A stretch of DNA of 64,000 nucleotides from an uncultured Bacteroidales bacterium (GTDB lineage: Bacteria; Bacteroidota; Bacteroidia; Bacteroidales; UBA932): positions 13,544-77,543 of the forward strand of contig CAJOCS010000004.1 of NCBI GenBank assembly GCA_905233655.1, written 5' to 3'. Below are positions 19,830 to 29,903 of this stretch, piece by piece (the first letter of the stretch is position 1; every line of letters starts with the position of its first letter). The translations under genes were made by a program, and so were the position numbers. The notes below the pieces were generated by a model that searched no databases, was not told the DNA's origin, and saw nothing but the letters and a program-made list of their open reading frames with translations.

Positions 19830-20119
19830 AAGCTTTATTCGTAGTATACAATCAGGCCTACAATCAGGAGATTGTGGAGCTTCTTGAAACCTGTGGACAA
19901 AGGGGTTACACGGTTTGGACGGAGGTGGGAGGACGTGGCGGCCTGGACGGTGAGCCCCACCTCGGAAACCATGCCTGGCCCACCCAGAACCATGCCCTTA
20001 TGAGTGTGGTGGAGGACTCCCTTGCTGCAAAGCTAATGGATCTTCTTGGAGAGACCGACAAGGCCAATCCCAAGCTTGGGCTGCGGGCCTATGTGCTCCC
20101 TGTGGACGATGCATTATAA
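19826..20119 (+). CDS. PG0541-like P-II-fold transporter-associated protein
   Basis: 97 aa, GYT.W..V.GRG...GEPHLG.HAWP motif; overlaps RND stop. Confidence 0.75.
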   Translation: MKALFVVYNQAYNQEIVELLETCGQRGYTVWTEVGGRGGLDGEPHLGNHAWPTQNHALMSVVEDSLAAKLMDLLGETDKANPKLGLRAYVLPVDDAL

Positions 20120-20129
20120 AAAAAATATG

Positions 20130-20137
20130 TATATTTG
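20130..20137 (+). promoter_or_regulatory. -7 promoter element TATATTTG
   Basis: TAnnTTTG upstream of trxA. Confidence 0.65.
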
Positions 20138-20160
20138 CGGATGATAAACAGTTACTCAAT

Positions 20161-20475
20161 ATGGCAAAAGTAGCGACCAATACCAATTTCGATGACTTGC
20201 TGAAAGACAGCAAGCTCGTCATTGCCGACTTCTGGGCGACATGGTGCGGCCCCTGCCGGATGATAGCTCCGCTTCTGGACGAAGTCGAGGCCGAAATGGC
20301 CGACAAAATCAGCGTGGTGAAGGTCAATGTGGACGACGCCGACGAACTCGCAGCCCGTTTCCGCATTATGAACATCCCCACCCTGCTTTTCTTCAAGGGC
20401 GGTGTCCTCGTGGACAAGACCGTCGGCGCAATGCCCAAAAATCAGCTCGTAGAGAAAATTAACGCAAACCTATAA
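20161..20475 (+). CDS. trxA: Thioredoxin
   Basis: DFWATWCGPC active site. Confidence 0.96.
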   Translation: MAKVATNTNFDDLLKDSKLVIADFWATWCGPCRMIAPLLDEVEAEMADKISVVKVNVDDADELAARFRIMNIPTLLFFKGGVLVDKTVGAMPKNQLVEKINANL

Positions 20476-20479
20476 GATT

Positions 20480-21163
20480 ATGAAAAGGATTCTTACAGCA
20501 GTCGTTCTCATGGTGGTTTCCGCCGCCATGGCACATGCTCAGCTCGGTATCGTAGGCGGTGTCACCGTTTCCGGTACTGAACTGGACACCAAAGACATTA
20601 TGAATAATGCCAAGAATGTCAACCTCTATCATGTGGGTGTAGCATACAAGTCCGACCTCGGTATGGGCTTCGCCCTCCAGCCGGCCCTGACCTATCAGAT
20701 GAAGGGTGCAAACCTTCAGGAAACCCTGGATGCCGGCGGTACCTCCACCGTCGTGAGCGAGATCAACACCAAGACCGGTTATGCCGAGCTCTCCCTTGGC
20801 ATTCAGTTCGGTGTGGACCTTCTGGCATTCCGTCCCTACCTCTTCGCCGAGCCTTTCGTGGGCTATCAGGTGACCGGTAAGGAAGACTACAAGAATGCCG
20901 CTACCGACCTCATCTATGACGAGGATCAGAGAAACGTCGCCATTCAGGAGGCCAAGAACAAACTCGAGTATGGCTTCGGCGTCGGTATCGGCGTGGATGT
21001 CCTCGAACATCTCCAGCTTTCCCTTCAGTATTTCATGAACCTCGGTGCCCTCTACACGGACGGCACCATCGATGGCAACACCATGTGGAATACCGTCAAG
21101 AACAGCTATCAGGACATGAACAACTATCAGGGTGTAAAGGTCTCCCTGGCTCTGTTCTTCTAA
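20480..21163 (+). CDS. Outer membrane beta-barrel (porin-family/OmpA-like) protein
   Basis: Signal peptide AHA|Q, alternating beta-strands, C-terminal Phe. Confidence 0.75.
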   Translation: MKRILTAVVLMVVSAAMAHAQLGIVGGVTVSGTELDTKDIMNNAKNVNLYHVGVAYKSDLGMGFALQPALTYQMKGANLQETLDAGGTSTVVSEINTKTGYAELSLGIQFGVDLLAFRPYLFAEPFVGYQVTGKEDYKNAATDLIYDEDQRNVAIQEAKNKLEYGFGVGIGVDVLEHLQLSLQYFMNLGALYTDGTIDGNTMWNTVKNSYQDMNNYQGVKVSLALFF

Positions 21164-21182
21164 CAGAAACACAACGGTTTAC

Positions 21183-21220
21183 AGGCAGCGCGTGAAGGAA
21201 GTTTCGCGCGCTGCTTTTTT
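21183..21220 (+). terminator. Rho-independent terminator
   Basis: GGCAGCGCGTGAA/TTCGCGCGCTGCT stem followed by T-tract. Confidence 0.85.
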
Positions 21221-21233
21221 CAATCGGTGATAA

Positions 21234-22208
21234 ATGGGATTGGAGGAAATACGGTCTTTTCTGGCCCCGCATCTGGACGGGGTTGAGTCCATTATCGCGC
21301 AATCGCTCGCTACCGACATAGAGCTTCTCGACAGCACTAACCGCAGCATCCGTGAGCATGGCGGCAAGATGATCCGTCCCATTCTGTCGCTGCTTTCGGC
21401 GCTCGCCTGCGGCCGGATTAACGGCGACACCCTCCGTTATGCCGCCGCGGCCGAGATTCTGCACAACGCCACTCTCCTTCACGACGACGTGGTCGACGGC
21501 GCTTCCACCCGCCGTGGCCGTCCTACGGTATCGGCCCTCCTTGGCCCCGGGGCTTCGGTGCTCATCGGGGATTTCTGGCTGGTCCGCTGTGTACGGACGG
21601 TGATCGAGGCGTCGGCCAATAACGACGAGGTTACCGGGCTTTTCGCCAAAACCCTTTCCGACCTTTCCGAAGGCGAACTTCTCCAGATGCAGAAAGCATC
21701 TTCCGGCGACACTTCCGTCGACGACTATATCCGCATCGTCTACAGCAAGACGGCATCCCTTTTCGAAACTTCCGCCCGTGCCGCCGCAATCTCGGTAAAG
21801 GCTTCCCCTGAATATGTCGAGGCGCTTGGCAATTATGCTTCGGCCCTCGGTATAGCGTTCCAGATTAAAGACGACATCTTCGATTACGTGGAATCTCCTT
21901 CCACGGGCAAGCCCTGCGGTCTTGACCTTCTGGAACAGAAAATCACCATGCCTCTTCTCTGCGCATTCGAGGCCTGCCCGTCCCGAGAGGCCGAAATCCG
22001 CTGCATGGTAACCCGCATCGCCTCCGGAGGCGCCTCCGTGGCCGATATCACCGCCTTTGTCGCCGAAAACGACGGCGTGTCGCGCGCCACGGCTATCCTG
22101 GGCTCCTACATCTCAAAGGCGGTATCCTGCCTTGAGCCTCTTCCCGCCTCCGAGGCAAAATCGCATCTTTGCCAGCTCGCCCATTTTGTGGGCTCCCGCA
22201 TCGCGTAA
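21234..22208 (+). CDS. ispB: Polyprenyl diphosphate synthase
   Basis: GGKMIRP, LLHDDVVD...RRG, IAFQIKDDIFD (two DDxxD motifs). Confidence 0.88.
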   Translation: MGLEEIRSFLAPHLDGVESIIAQSLATDIELLDSTNRSIREHGGKMIRPILSLLSALACGRINGDTLRYAAAAEILHNATLLHDDVVDGASTRRGRPTVSALLGPGASVLIGDFWLVRCVRTVIEASANNDEVTGLFAKTLSDLSEGELLQMQKASSGDTSVDDYIRIVYSKTASLFETSARAAAISVKASPEYVEALGNYASALGIAFQIKDDIFDYVESPSTGKPCGLDLLEQKITMPLLCAFEACPSREAEIRCMVTRIASGGASVADITAFVAENDGVSRATAILGSYISKAVSCLEPLPASEAKSHLCQLAHFVGSRIA

Positions 22209-22285
22209 AAAAAGTGGGGCTTCGCAAAAATTTTTGGGAAAATTTTCGTAACTTGCACAAATTGCCGGAGTAGCGTTTTGTGCAA

Positions 22286-23260
22286 ATGAAAGTTTACGGA
22301 AATACCTCCCTTGTTGCAGCCCTTGAGCAGATGGCGGAGAGCGGCCGTATTCCCCATGCCATATTGATGCATGAGGACGACGGTGGCGGTGCCCTGCCAA
22401 TTGCAATCAACTTCCTGGAGAAGGTCTACGGGGGAAATCCGAGGGTGGAGAGGCTCATTCATCCGGACGTTCATTTCGTATTTCCGGTGGTGGGCGAGAA
22501 GGAACCGGTTTCCTCTCAGTTTGCCGCCGAATGGCGGGATTTGCTGCTTTCCAACCCCTATTTCACCGAAGCGGAAATGTACTCTGCGCTTGGCTTTGAA
22601 AAGAAGCAGGGAATCATAAACGTGAAGGAGGCCAGGACACTGCTCTCGAAACTGTCTCTCTCTGCCGTGGAGGGCGGATACCGGAGCGTGGTGATGTATC
22701 TTCCGGAAAAGATGAACCCTCAGGCTGCTAACGCCCTGCTGAAGATGGTGGAGGAGCCGCCGGAGAAGACTCTATTCCTGCTCATTACGCATGCGCCTGA
22801 AAGAGTCCTTACCACAATTTTTTCCCGCTGCCTCTTTATGAGGGTTCAGCCCCTGGACAGGGAAGTGAGGCGGGAGCTGCATCACTCCGATGCAGAATCC
22901 GCCGTTCAGAAGCTTATGGACGCTCTTCTGGATGCGCTTGTGAAAAAGAACCTTTCCGCCGCCCTGGAATTGGGAGAGGTGTTTGCCTCCCTTGAATCCA
23001 GGGATGTGCAGAAGGATTTCCTCCAGCTTGCGTCGGAGTGTTTCCGGAGCCTTTTCCTCATAAGGCAGGGCCTTGGTGAACTGGCCGACGTCCCTTCGGA
23101 AAAGAAGGCGGGCTATGAGACGGCGGCATCGGCCCTCAAGCCCACTTTTCCCCGCGCCGGAATGGCGGCCCTTGACAGGGCGATGCTGCTTCTGGAGCGC
23201 AATGTGAATCAGAAAATACTGTTCTCGGACCTTGTGGCCCGTCTATATACAAAAGCATAA
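22286..23260 (+). CDS. holB: DNA polymerase III delta' subunit
   Basis: GRIPHA, HPDVHF, AANALLKMVEEPP, TIFSRC motifs. Confidence 0.88.
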   Translation: MKVYGNTSLVAALEQMAESGRIPHAILMHEDDGGGALPIAINFLEKVYGGNPRVERLIHPDVHFVFPVVGEKEPVSSQFAAEWRDLLLSNPYFTEAEMYSALGFEKKQGIINVKEARTLLSKLSLSAVEGGYRSVVMYLPEKMNPQAANALLKMVEEPPEKTLFLLITHAPERVLTTIFSRCLFMRVQPLDREVRRELHHSDAESAVQKLMDALLDALVKKNLSAALELGEVFASLESRDVQKDFLQLASECFRSLFLIRQGLGELADVPSEKKAGYETAASALKPTFPRAGMAALDRAMLLLERNVNQKILFSDLVARLYTKA

Positions 23261-24411
23261 TGGATAACGAAAACGAAAGCATACAATACGACTGTTTCCG
23301 CGGCTGTACCGTGGAAATCGACGAGAAGACAGGAGCCGCGGAGGTGAACTACCGTCCCGGATGCTGCAAGCTGGAGGTTTACGACTACCTGAAGGGAATC
23401 TCCCAGGAGCAGTTCAATTCCTACTTCGAGGTCCGTTTCAAAAATACCCGCAAGGGAATCTACTTCAATGCATCCGGCCAGAGCATAAAGACCGGAGACC
23501 TCGTGGTGGTGGAAGCCCAGAACGGGCACGACCTTGGAATCGTCACCCTGGAAGGGCCCATTGTGGGGCGTCAGATGAAGTGCAGGGGAGTCGATCCCGA
23601 GACTCAGGAGCTGCGTAAGATTTACCGCAAGGCGCGCCCCTTCGACATCCAGCGCTGGCAGGAGGCCATCGCCCGCGAGCAGGAGACCATGATTCGCGCC
23701 CGCGTGCTGGCGAACAATCTCGGCCTTGAGATGAAAATCGGCGACGTGGAGTTTCAGGGAGACGGCACCAAGGCCATTTTCTACTATATTGCCGACGGAA
23801 GGGTAGACTTCCGCCAGCTCATCAAGGACTTCGCCGAAGAATTCCATATCAGGGTGGAGATGAAGCAGATCGGCGCACGTCAGGAGGCCGGACTTATCGG
23901 TGGCCTGGGTGTCTGCGGCAGGGAACTCTGCTGCGCCAATTACATCACGGAGTTCAAGTCCATAAGCACATCGGCGGCAAGGGTTCAGGATCTTTCCCTG
24001 AACCCCCAGAAGCTGGCCGGGCAGTGCGGCAAGCTGAAGTGCTGTCTCAACTATGAGGTGGCCGCCTACATGGATGCCCAGTCACGTATTCCAAAGGTGG
24101 TTGAACCGCTGGAGTTCGAGGATGGCCTGGCATATCTGGTGAAGACCGATATCCTCGCGCAGACGCTGTATTTCTCCTACGAAAAGGGCTCTCTCACCAA
24201 TGTCTATCCCCTCAGTGCCGACGAAGTCCGTGACATTCAGGAGATGAACCGTCGCGGGGAGAGGCCGGAAACGCTGAAGAACGACGATATTCCCACTCCG
24301 GAATTCATCACCGCGGTGGGCGACGATTCCATATCGCGCTTCGACCCTGAACGCAAAAAACGCCGCCGCAAAAGCGGACGAGGCAGAAACCGGAAAAACC
24401 AGTCGAAATGA
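23260..24411 (+). CDS. ricT: PSP1/RicT (YaaT) family protein
   Basis: EVRFKNTRK, RVDFRQLIK, GVCGRELCC, KLAGQCGKLKCCLNYE. Confidence 0.88.
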   Translation: MDNENESIQYDCFRGCTVEIDEKTGAAEVNYRPGCCKLEVYDYLKGISQEQFNSYFEVRFKNTRKGIYFNASGQSIKTGDLVVVEAQNGHDLGIVTLEGPIVGRQMKCRGVDPETQELRKIYRKARPFDIQRWQEAIAREQETMIRARVLANNLGLEMKIGDVEFQGDGTKAIFYYIADGRVDFRQLIKDFAEEFHIRVEMKQIGARQEAGLIGGLGVCGRELCCANYITEFKSISTSAARVQDLSLNPQKLAGQCGKLKCCLNYEVAAYMDAQSRIPKVVEPLEFEDGLAYLVKTDILAQTLYFSYEKGSLTNVYPLSADEVRDIQEMNRRGERPETLKNDDIPTPEFITAVGDDSISRFDPERKKRRRKSGRGRNRKNQSK

Positions 24412-24854
24412 GGCGTGCCGCGTCGCTCATACTGCTCTGCATCCTTTGCGTTACGGCCTGCAGGGAGCCGCTCTCCCGCGAGGCTTTCGTAAAGGGGCCT
24501 GGGCCGTATGAGTTCAGCGTCCCCATGAATGACAGCACCGTTCTCTACGATTTCGATTTTTACACCCGAATAGACGCTTCTCCCGAGGACATCCGCGCCC
24601 TTTCGGACCTCCCTCTTTCAATTACCTGGACATCCCCTTCGGGGCAGCGCTTCACTGAGAGCGTCTTTCTTCCGCTCCAGGGCAGGACTTCCTTCTTCTC
24701 CAGGCAGATTCGTGAGCCTTACCGTGCCGGAATATCGCCCTGGGAGTACGGAGACTGGACCATGAGCGTTTTTGTGCCCGTCTCGGCCTCCGTGCCGGGG
24801 ATGAGGGGCCTGGGACTGATTATTACAAAACGGCCATGGGACACGGAAAACTGA
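24408..24854 (+). CDS. GldH-like lipoprotein
   Basis: Lipobox VTAC; size and position after ricT as in Bacteroidales holB-ricT-gldH clusters. Confidence 0.55.
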   Translation: MRRAASLILLCILCVTACREPLSREAFVKGPGPYEFSVPMNDSTVLYDFDFYTRIDASPEDIRALSDLPLSITWTSPSGQRFTESVFLPLQGRTSFFSRQIREPYRAGISPWEYGDWTMSVFVPVSASVPGMRGLGLIITKRPWDTEN

Positions 24855-25624
24855 AGAAATTTGCAGAGAACGAGACTTTCCGCTGTCTGCTCCAGCCTTC
24901 CGCTTCGGAGGTTCTGGACAAAGTGGAGGGCTCAAGGGAACTCCGTCTCAGGGAACATCCTGTGAAGGGGCGCTGGGGGGAGACGGTCTTTGGCAATTCC
25001 AACCCCATCGTCCTGGAACTCGGCTGCGGAAAGGGGGACTATACGATTGCACTCGCGGAGCGCAATCCCGGGGTGAATTACATCGGGGTGGACATCAAGG
25101 GGGCAAGGCTTTGGAAAGGTGCTAAGTATGCTACGGAACACGCGCTTCCGAACGTGGCCTTCCTCAGGACCCGCATTGAATTCATAGAGGCTTTTTTCGG
25201 CCCCGGCGAGGTGAGTGAAATCTGGCTTACTTTCTCCGACCCTCAGCTCTCCGGCAGCGAGAACAGCCGCCTCTCGTCGCCGATGTTCCTCGAACGCTAT
25301 CGTAAATTCCTTCGGGAGGACGGCCGTATCCGCCTAAAGACGGACTCCCGCTTCCTGTATGAATACACGCTTGCGGTGGTGAAGGAAAACGCCCTTGCAG
25401 TGCATTGTTCCTGCACGGACATCTATTCCAATCCTCCTGGGGACAAGGTTATAACGGAGGTTCAGACCTTCTACGAAACGATGTTCCTCGGGATGGGGCT
25501 TCCCATCACTTACCTGGAATTCGGAATCGGCCATGAAGGGCCGTTCCGCTCGCCGTCGTCCTTCGACGCCGCCTTCTGGAAGGAGGCCGAGGGGCCCAGA
25601 AGAAGTTTTTCGCATCAGCAGTAA
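24836..25624 (+). CDS. trmB: tRNA (guanine-N7)-methyltransferase
   Basis: LELGCGKG, GVDIKGAR, EIWLTFSDP, LKTDS, QTFYE. Confidence 0.93.
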   Translation: MGHGKLKKFAENETFRCLLQPSASEVLDKVEGSRELRLREHPVKGRWGETVFGNSNPIVLELGCGKGDYTIALAERNPGVNYIGVDIKGARLWKGAKYATEHALPNVAFLRTRIEFIEAFFGPGEVSEIWLTFSDPQLSGSENSRLSSPMFLERYRKFLREDGRIRLKTDSRFLYEYTLAVVKENALAVHCSCTDIYSNPPGDKVITEVQTFYETMFLGMGLPITYLEFGIGHEGPFRSPSSFDAAFWKEAEGPRRSFSHQQ

Positions 25625-25633
25625 CTAATTGAT

Positions 25634-25951
25634 ATGGCTAAACTTATTTACACCATCGGAGAAGTCTCCGCTTTGCTCGGAGAGAATACATCCGCCGTGC
25701 GCTATTGGTGCAATTATTTTGAAAAGTTCGTGCATCCTGCAAGGAACGCGAAGGGTAACCGCCTCCTTCATCCGGAGGATGTGGAGACCCTGCGCCAGAT
25801 CCAGTACATGGTCAAGACCCAGGGCCTTACCCTCGAGGGGGTGATGCAGCGTCTTGGCGAAGACCGCCGCCCGATTGAAAGCAGGGTGAAGGCGCTGGAC
25901 ATGCTGAAGGGAATCAAGGCCGAGCTTGAAGAAGTGAGGAAGACGCTATGA
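25634..25951 (+). CDS. MerR-family HTH protein
   Basis: YTIGEVS...AVRYW, RNAKGNR, GLTLEG. Confidence 0.85.
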   Translation: MAKLIYTIGEVSALLGENTSAVRYWCNYFEKFVHPARNAKGNRLLHPEDVETLRQIQYMVKTQGLTLEGVMQRLGEDRRPIESRVKALDMLKGIKAELEEVRKTL

Positions 25952-26739
25952 AGGTAAAGGATATCATTGCCGTCCTGGAGGAGTTTGCACCTCTCGGAAT
26001 TCAGGAAAAGTGGGATAACAGCGGGCTCATAATCGGCTCGCCGGACAATGATGTACACGGCGTGATGCTGGGCTTCGACTGTACTCCGGAACTCATCGAC
26101 GAGGCGGCCCTCGCCGGCTGCGACATGGTGGTCACCCATCATCCTCTCATTTTCAAGGGGATGAACCATATAGACCCCTTCGACTATCCGGTGGGCGCGG
26201 CGGTCTACAAGGCCGTCCAGGCCGGAATCGCGGTTTATGCCGCCCACACCACGGCCGACAAGGTAATCGCCGGAGTGAGCGGTGCCATGGCTCGGCGGCT
26301 CGGCCTTCTGGATATCGAGGTGCTGGAGCCGGAGGAAGACGGAAGCGTCGGCCTCGGAGCGGTCGGCAATCTTCCCGTTCCCATGACGGCCGGGGAAGTC
26401 CTGGAGATGGTGAAAGAGCGTTTCGGCCTTGGTGTTATCCGTCATTCCCGCCCCGTGGAGGGCCTCATTTCAAGGATCGCGGTTCTTGGCGGCTCCGGCG
26501 GAGGAGACATTCCTGCAGCCCGCGCCTCCGGCGCCCAGTTGTATATTACGGCCGACATTTCCTATCACAATTTCTTCACTTCGGGCGACTTCATGCTGAT
26601 GGATATCGGCCATTTTGAGAGCGAAGTTGAGATTGTGGACATATTATTGGCCCTAATACGGAAAAAAATTCCTAACTTTGCAGACTGCGTGCGCGCATGC
26701 GTGAACAGGAACAATCCTGTCCACTATTTTGGAATTTAA
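25948..26739 (+). CDS. Nif3-like dinuclear metal centre protein
   Basis: WDNSGL, THHPLIF, YAAHT, GGSG, ADISYH, DIGHFESE. Confidence 0.92.
   Translation: MKVKDIIAVLEEFAPLGIQEKWDNSGLIIGSPDNDVHGVMLGFDCTPELIDEAALAGCDMVVTHHPLIFKGMNHIDPFDYPVGAAVYKAVQAGIAVYAAHTTADKVIAGVSGAMARRLGLLDIEVLEPEEDGSVGLGAVGNLPVPMTAGEVLEMVKERFGLGVIRHSRPVEGLISRIAVLGGSGGGDIPAARASGAQLYITADISYHNFFTSGDFMLMDIGHFESEVEIVDILLALIRKKIPNFADCVRACVNRNNPVHYFGI
26673..26680 (+). promoter_or_regulatory. -7 promoter element TAACTTTG within 3' end of nif3 gene
   Basis: TAnnTTTG preceded by an A-tract, ~85 nt upstream of the next ATG. Confidence 0.55.
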
Positions 26740-26764
26740 GCAAACAGATTTATCATACATTTTT

Positions 26765-27579
26765 ATGGCAACTAAGAAAACGACCGCCAAGAAGACAGTG
26801 GAAGCCCCTATCGACCAGAGGGAAACCTTCGTATCCCTGCAGAAAAATTTCGCCGACTCCGAAATGAGTGTGGCAGAAAAGCTCAAGACTCTCTATGAGC
26901 TTCAGGAAGCCGATTCGGAGATTGACAAGATAATCCAGCTGCGTGGTGAACTCCCCGCAGAGGTGGAGGCCCTCGAGCAGGAGATTGCATCCCTGAAGGA
27001 GCGCAGCGCTTCGCTGAACGCCCTGGTGGACCAGATGAACCGCAACATTGCGGATGCCAAGCTCTCCATTTCGGAGCACGACAGCATAATTGAAAAGTAT
27101 CAGCGTCAGCTCGAGACCATCTCCAACTCCCGTGAATTCGACTCCCTCAACAAGGAAATCGAGAATCAGGAGCTTCTCCGCCAGATTGACGAGAAGACCA
27201 TCAACGACACGCGTATGGAGATCAGCGCCCGCAAGGCCGAACTCGATGAGCTCAAGGACCGCATCGCACCGATGACCTGATGGCCAAGAAGCAGGAACTC
27301 GAAAACATCGTCGAGTCTACCGCCAAGGAGGAAGAGAAGCTCCGTGCACGCCGCGAAGAGTGCGCAGCCCGCATCGACGCCCGTACCATGAGCGCCTACG
27401 AGCGCATCCGCCAGAGCGTTCACAACCATCTCGCAGTGGTTTCCGTCTACAACGGCGACTCCTGCGGAGGCTGCTTCAACGCCATTACCCCCCAGCGTCG
27501 CGTGGAGATTGCTTCCAACCGCAAACTCATCATCTGCGAACACTGCGGCCGTATCATCATCAACCCCGACTTCGAATAG
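26765..27579 (+). pseudogene. Coiled-coil/C4 zinc-ribbon protein (DUF164, CT398/HP0958-like), split by a frameshift into 26765-27280 and 27280-27579
   Basis: N-part LYELQ..DSEID..RGELP.EV coiled coil; C-part CGGC...CEHCGRI zinc ribbon; -1 frame change between 27250 and 27277. Confidence 0.75.
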
Positions 27580-27588
27580 TATTCAGCC

Positions 27589-29070
27589 ATGCCGGACCCC
27601 GTTAAAAAGACCGGCAGAAGGGAACAGCCGGTTTCTCTCGAGACCCTTCTGGGCAACAAGCCCCCTCAGGCCCTCGACGTAGAAGAGGCAGTTCTCGGAG
27701 CCATGCTCGTAGAGCCTTCCACCATCGACGAATCGATGGAGGAGCTCTCGCCGTCGTGTTTCTATGACGAGCATCACAGGATGATTTTCGAGGCCATGTC
27801 GGAGCTCGTGAATGAGCACGTTTCCATCGACCTCGTAACCGTGAGCGAAAGGCTCCGCTCCAAGGGTAATCTGGAGATTATCGGCGGCGCCGTGGCCCTT
27901 GCCGACCTCACCCGAAACATCGGTGCTGCCGCACATATTGAATACTACATCAAGATTCTCAAGCAGAAGACCATTCAGAGGGATCTTATCACCGCCTCGT
28001 ATGAGATTCTGCGTCAGGCCTACGACGAGTCCACCAATGTGGACGACCTCATAGACAACGCCCAGTCCAAGGTGTTTGCGGCAATCCAGAACAATGTGAA
28101 GAGGGATGTCCAGGACATCGGCTCCATCATCAATTCCGTTCTGGACAACCTGCAGGAGCTTCAGGGCGTTACCGGTCCTTCCGGCGTGCCTTCGGGTTTC
28201 CCTTCGATCGACCGCGTTACCCAGGGCTGGCAGAAGAGCGACCTCATTATCCTCGCCGCCCGTCCTTCCGTAGGTAAGACCGCCTTTGCCCTGAACATAG
28301 CCAGAAATGCCGCCGTGGACGCTCAGATGCCGGTGGCGGTGTTCTCCCTCGAGATGTCGGCAGACCAGCTGGGCAAGCGCCTCATCACTACGGAATCCGG
28401 CCTCAGCGGAGAGAAAATCAAAGGCGGCGTTAAGCTCGAAGACTACGAATGGGTCCAGCTTGAAGACACCCTCAAGCGCCTTGCAAAAGCGCCGCTCTAT
28501 ATCGACGACACTCCCGGCATTCCCATCATGGAGTTCCGCACCAAGGCAAAGCGCCTGGTGAAGCAGAAGGGGGTTCGCCTGATTGTCGTGGACTATCTGC
28601 AGCTGATGCAGGGCCCTGCCGAGCTGCGTGGTCTGCGCGAGCAGGAAGTGGCAGCCATTTCCCGCACCCTCAAGGCCACCGCCAAGGAACTCAATATTCC
28701 CATCATCGCCCTTTCGCAGCTTTCCAGAAATGCAGTGCAGCGCACCGGCGGCACCGGCAAGCCCCAGCTCAGCGACCTCCGCGAATCCGGTTCCATCGAG
28801 CAGGACGCCGACATGGTCATCTTCATCCACAGGCCGGACTTCGTCGGGATGTCGGACAATCCCGAGGACCGCGAGAAGGCCATCATCGTCATTGCGAAAC
28901 ATCGTAACGGCGAGGTGTGCGACATCGAAATGAAGTACAAGTCGGGTCGCGTCAAATTCGTCGAGGCCGACCAGAGCCTGGACATGTACGAAGGCCGCGG
29001 TCCCGTGGCCAGCGGCGTGAACGAGGCTTCCGGCACGGATTATGACTTTGACAACCAGACCGTATATTGA
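27589..29070 (+). CDS. dnaB: Replicative DNA helicase
   Basis: AARPSVGKT, FSLEMS, VDYLQLM, LSQLSR, DLRESGSIEQDAD, AKHRNG; no intein. Confidence 0.98.
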   Translation: MPDPVKKTGRREQPVSLETLLGNKPPQALDVEEAVLGAMLVEPSTIDESMEELSPSCFYDEHHRMIFEAMSELVNEHVSIDLVTVSERLRSKGNLEIIGGAVALADLTRNIGAAAHIEYYIKILKQKTIQRDLITASYEILRQAYDESTNVDDLIDNAQSKVFAAIQNNVKRDVQDIGSIINSVLDNLQELQGVTGPSGVPSGFPSIDRVTQGWQKSDLIILAARPSVGKTAFALNIARNAAVDAQMPVAVFSLEMSADQLGKRLITTESGLSGEKIKGGVKLEDYEWVQLEDTLKRLAKAPLYIDDTPGIPIMEFRTKAKRLVKQKGVRLIVVDYLQLMQGPAELRGLREQEVAAISRTLKATAKELNIPIIALSQLSRNAVQRTGGTGKPQLSDLRESGSIEQDADMVIFIHRPDFVGMSDNPEDREKAIIVIAKHRNGEVCDIEMKYKSGRVKFVEADQSLDMYEGRGPVASGVNEASGTDYDFDNQTVY

Positions 29071-29077
29071 TGCCATC

Positions 29078-29902
29078 ATGAGATTCCGTCTGGCAATACT
29101 GTCCCTTTTCGTCTCCGTTGCCGCATTTGCGCAGGGAGCCTGCCTTCCCGTCGGCAATATCCAGCCCTTCAGGGCGGGGGAGACCCTCAATTACATCATT
29201 TCCTTCAAGTGGAGGGCCGTCAACACCGACGTGGCATCGGCCGTGGTCCGTCTGGACAGCACCCTCTACCGTGGGGAGAGCGTCTATCACGCATCCCTGT
29301 CGGCCCGGACGGCGCGCTTTTTCGAGGCCTTCTTCAAGGTGAGGGAGAATTTCGACGGATGGTTCACCATAGACGGCCTTGAACCCCGCAAGTTCATCCG
29401 CGATACCCATGAAGGCAACTACTACGCCTACAATCTCTACACCTACGACTGGTCCAGCCGCACAATTCATGCAGCTCTGGACAGCAAGAGCCACGGACGC
29501 CGTTCCATAGACATCCCTCTTCCGGACTGCGCCTTCGACCTTCCCGCCCTGCTGTATTATTGCCGATGCATGGATCTGAGCCGTCTGAGGCAGAACTCCG
29601 TATATCATCTCACTTTTGCCATCGACGACGACGTGTATGTCCTCACTCTCAGTTTCAAGGGCCGGGAGACAATAAAACTCAAGGGAATTGGCTCTGTGAG
29701 ATGCATGCGTTTCTCGCTCACGGTCGTGGCCGGAGAAATGTTCGAGGGCGACGAGGATATCGTGCTCTGGATATCGGACGACAACAACCGCCTTCCCGTA
29801 TACTTCAAGGCCCCTCTGAAGGTGGGCGCCGTGGTGGGAAGGATGTCGAGTTATGAAGGGCTCCGGAATCCATTCTCATCCCTGATTAACCAGGGAAGGT
29901 AG
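29078..29902 (+). CDS. DUF3108-like exported protein
   Basis: Signal peptide; FRAGETLNY N-terminus, LWISDDNNRLPV C-terminal motif. Confidence 0.7.
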   Translation: MRFRLAILSLFVSVAAFAQGACLPVGNIQPFRAGETLNYIISFKWRAVNTDVASAVVRLDSTLYRGESVYHASLSARTARFFEAFFKVRENFDGWFTIDGLEPRKFIRDTHEGNYYAYNLYTYDWSSRTIHAALDSKSHGRRSIDIPLPDCAFDLPALLYYCRCMDLSRLRQNSVYHLTFAIDDDVYVLTLSFKGRETIKLKGIGSVRCMRFSLTVVAGEMFEGDEDIVLWISDDNNRLPVYFKAPLKVGAVVGRMSSYEGLRNPFSSLINQGR

Positions 29903-29903
29903 G

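Noticed and set aside
22286-23260. HolB lacks a Walker A lysine and zinc finger
   Set aside because: Delta' subunits are catalytically inactive and commonly degenerate here.
27589-29070. Intein in dnaB
   Set aside because: Normal length (493 aa) with contiguous helicase motifs.
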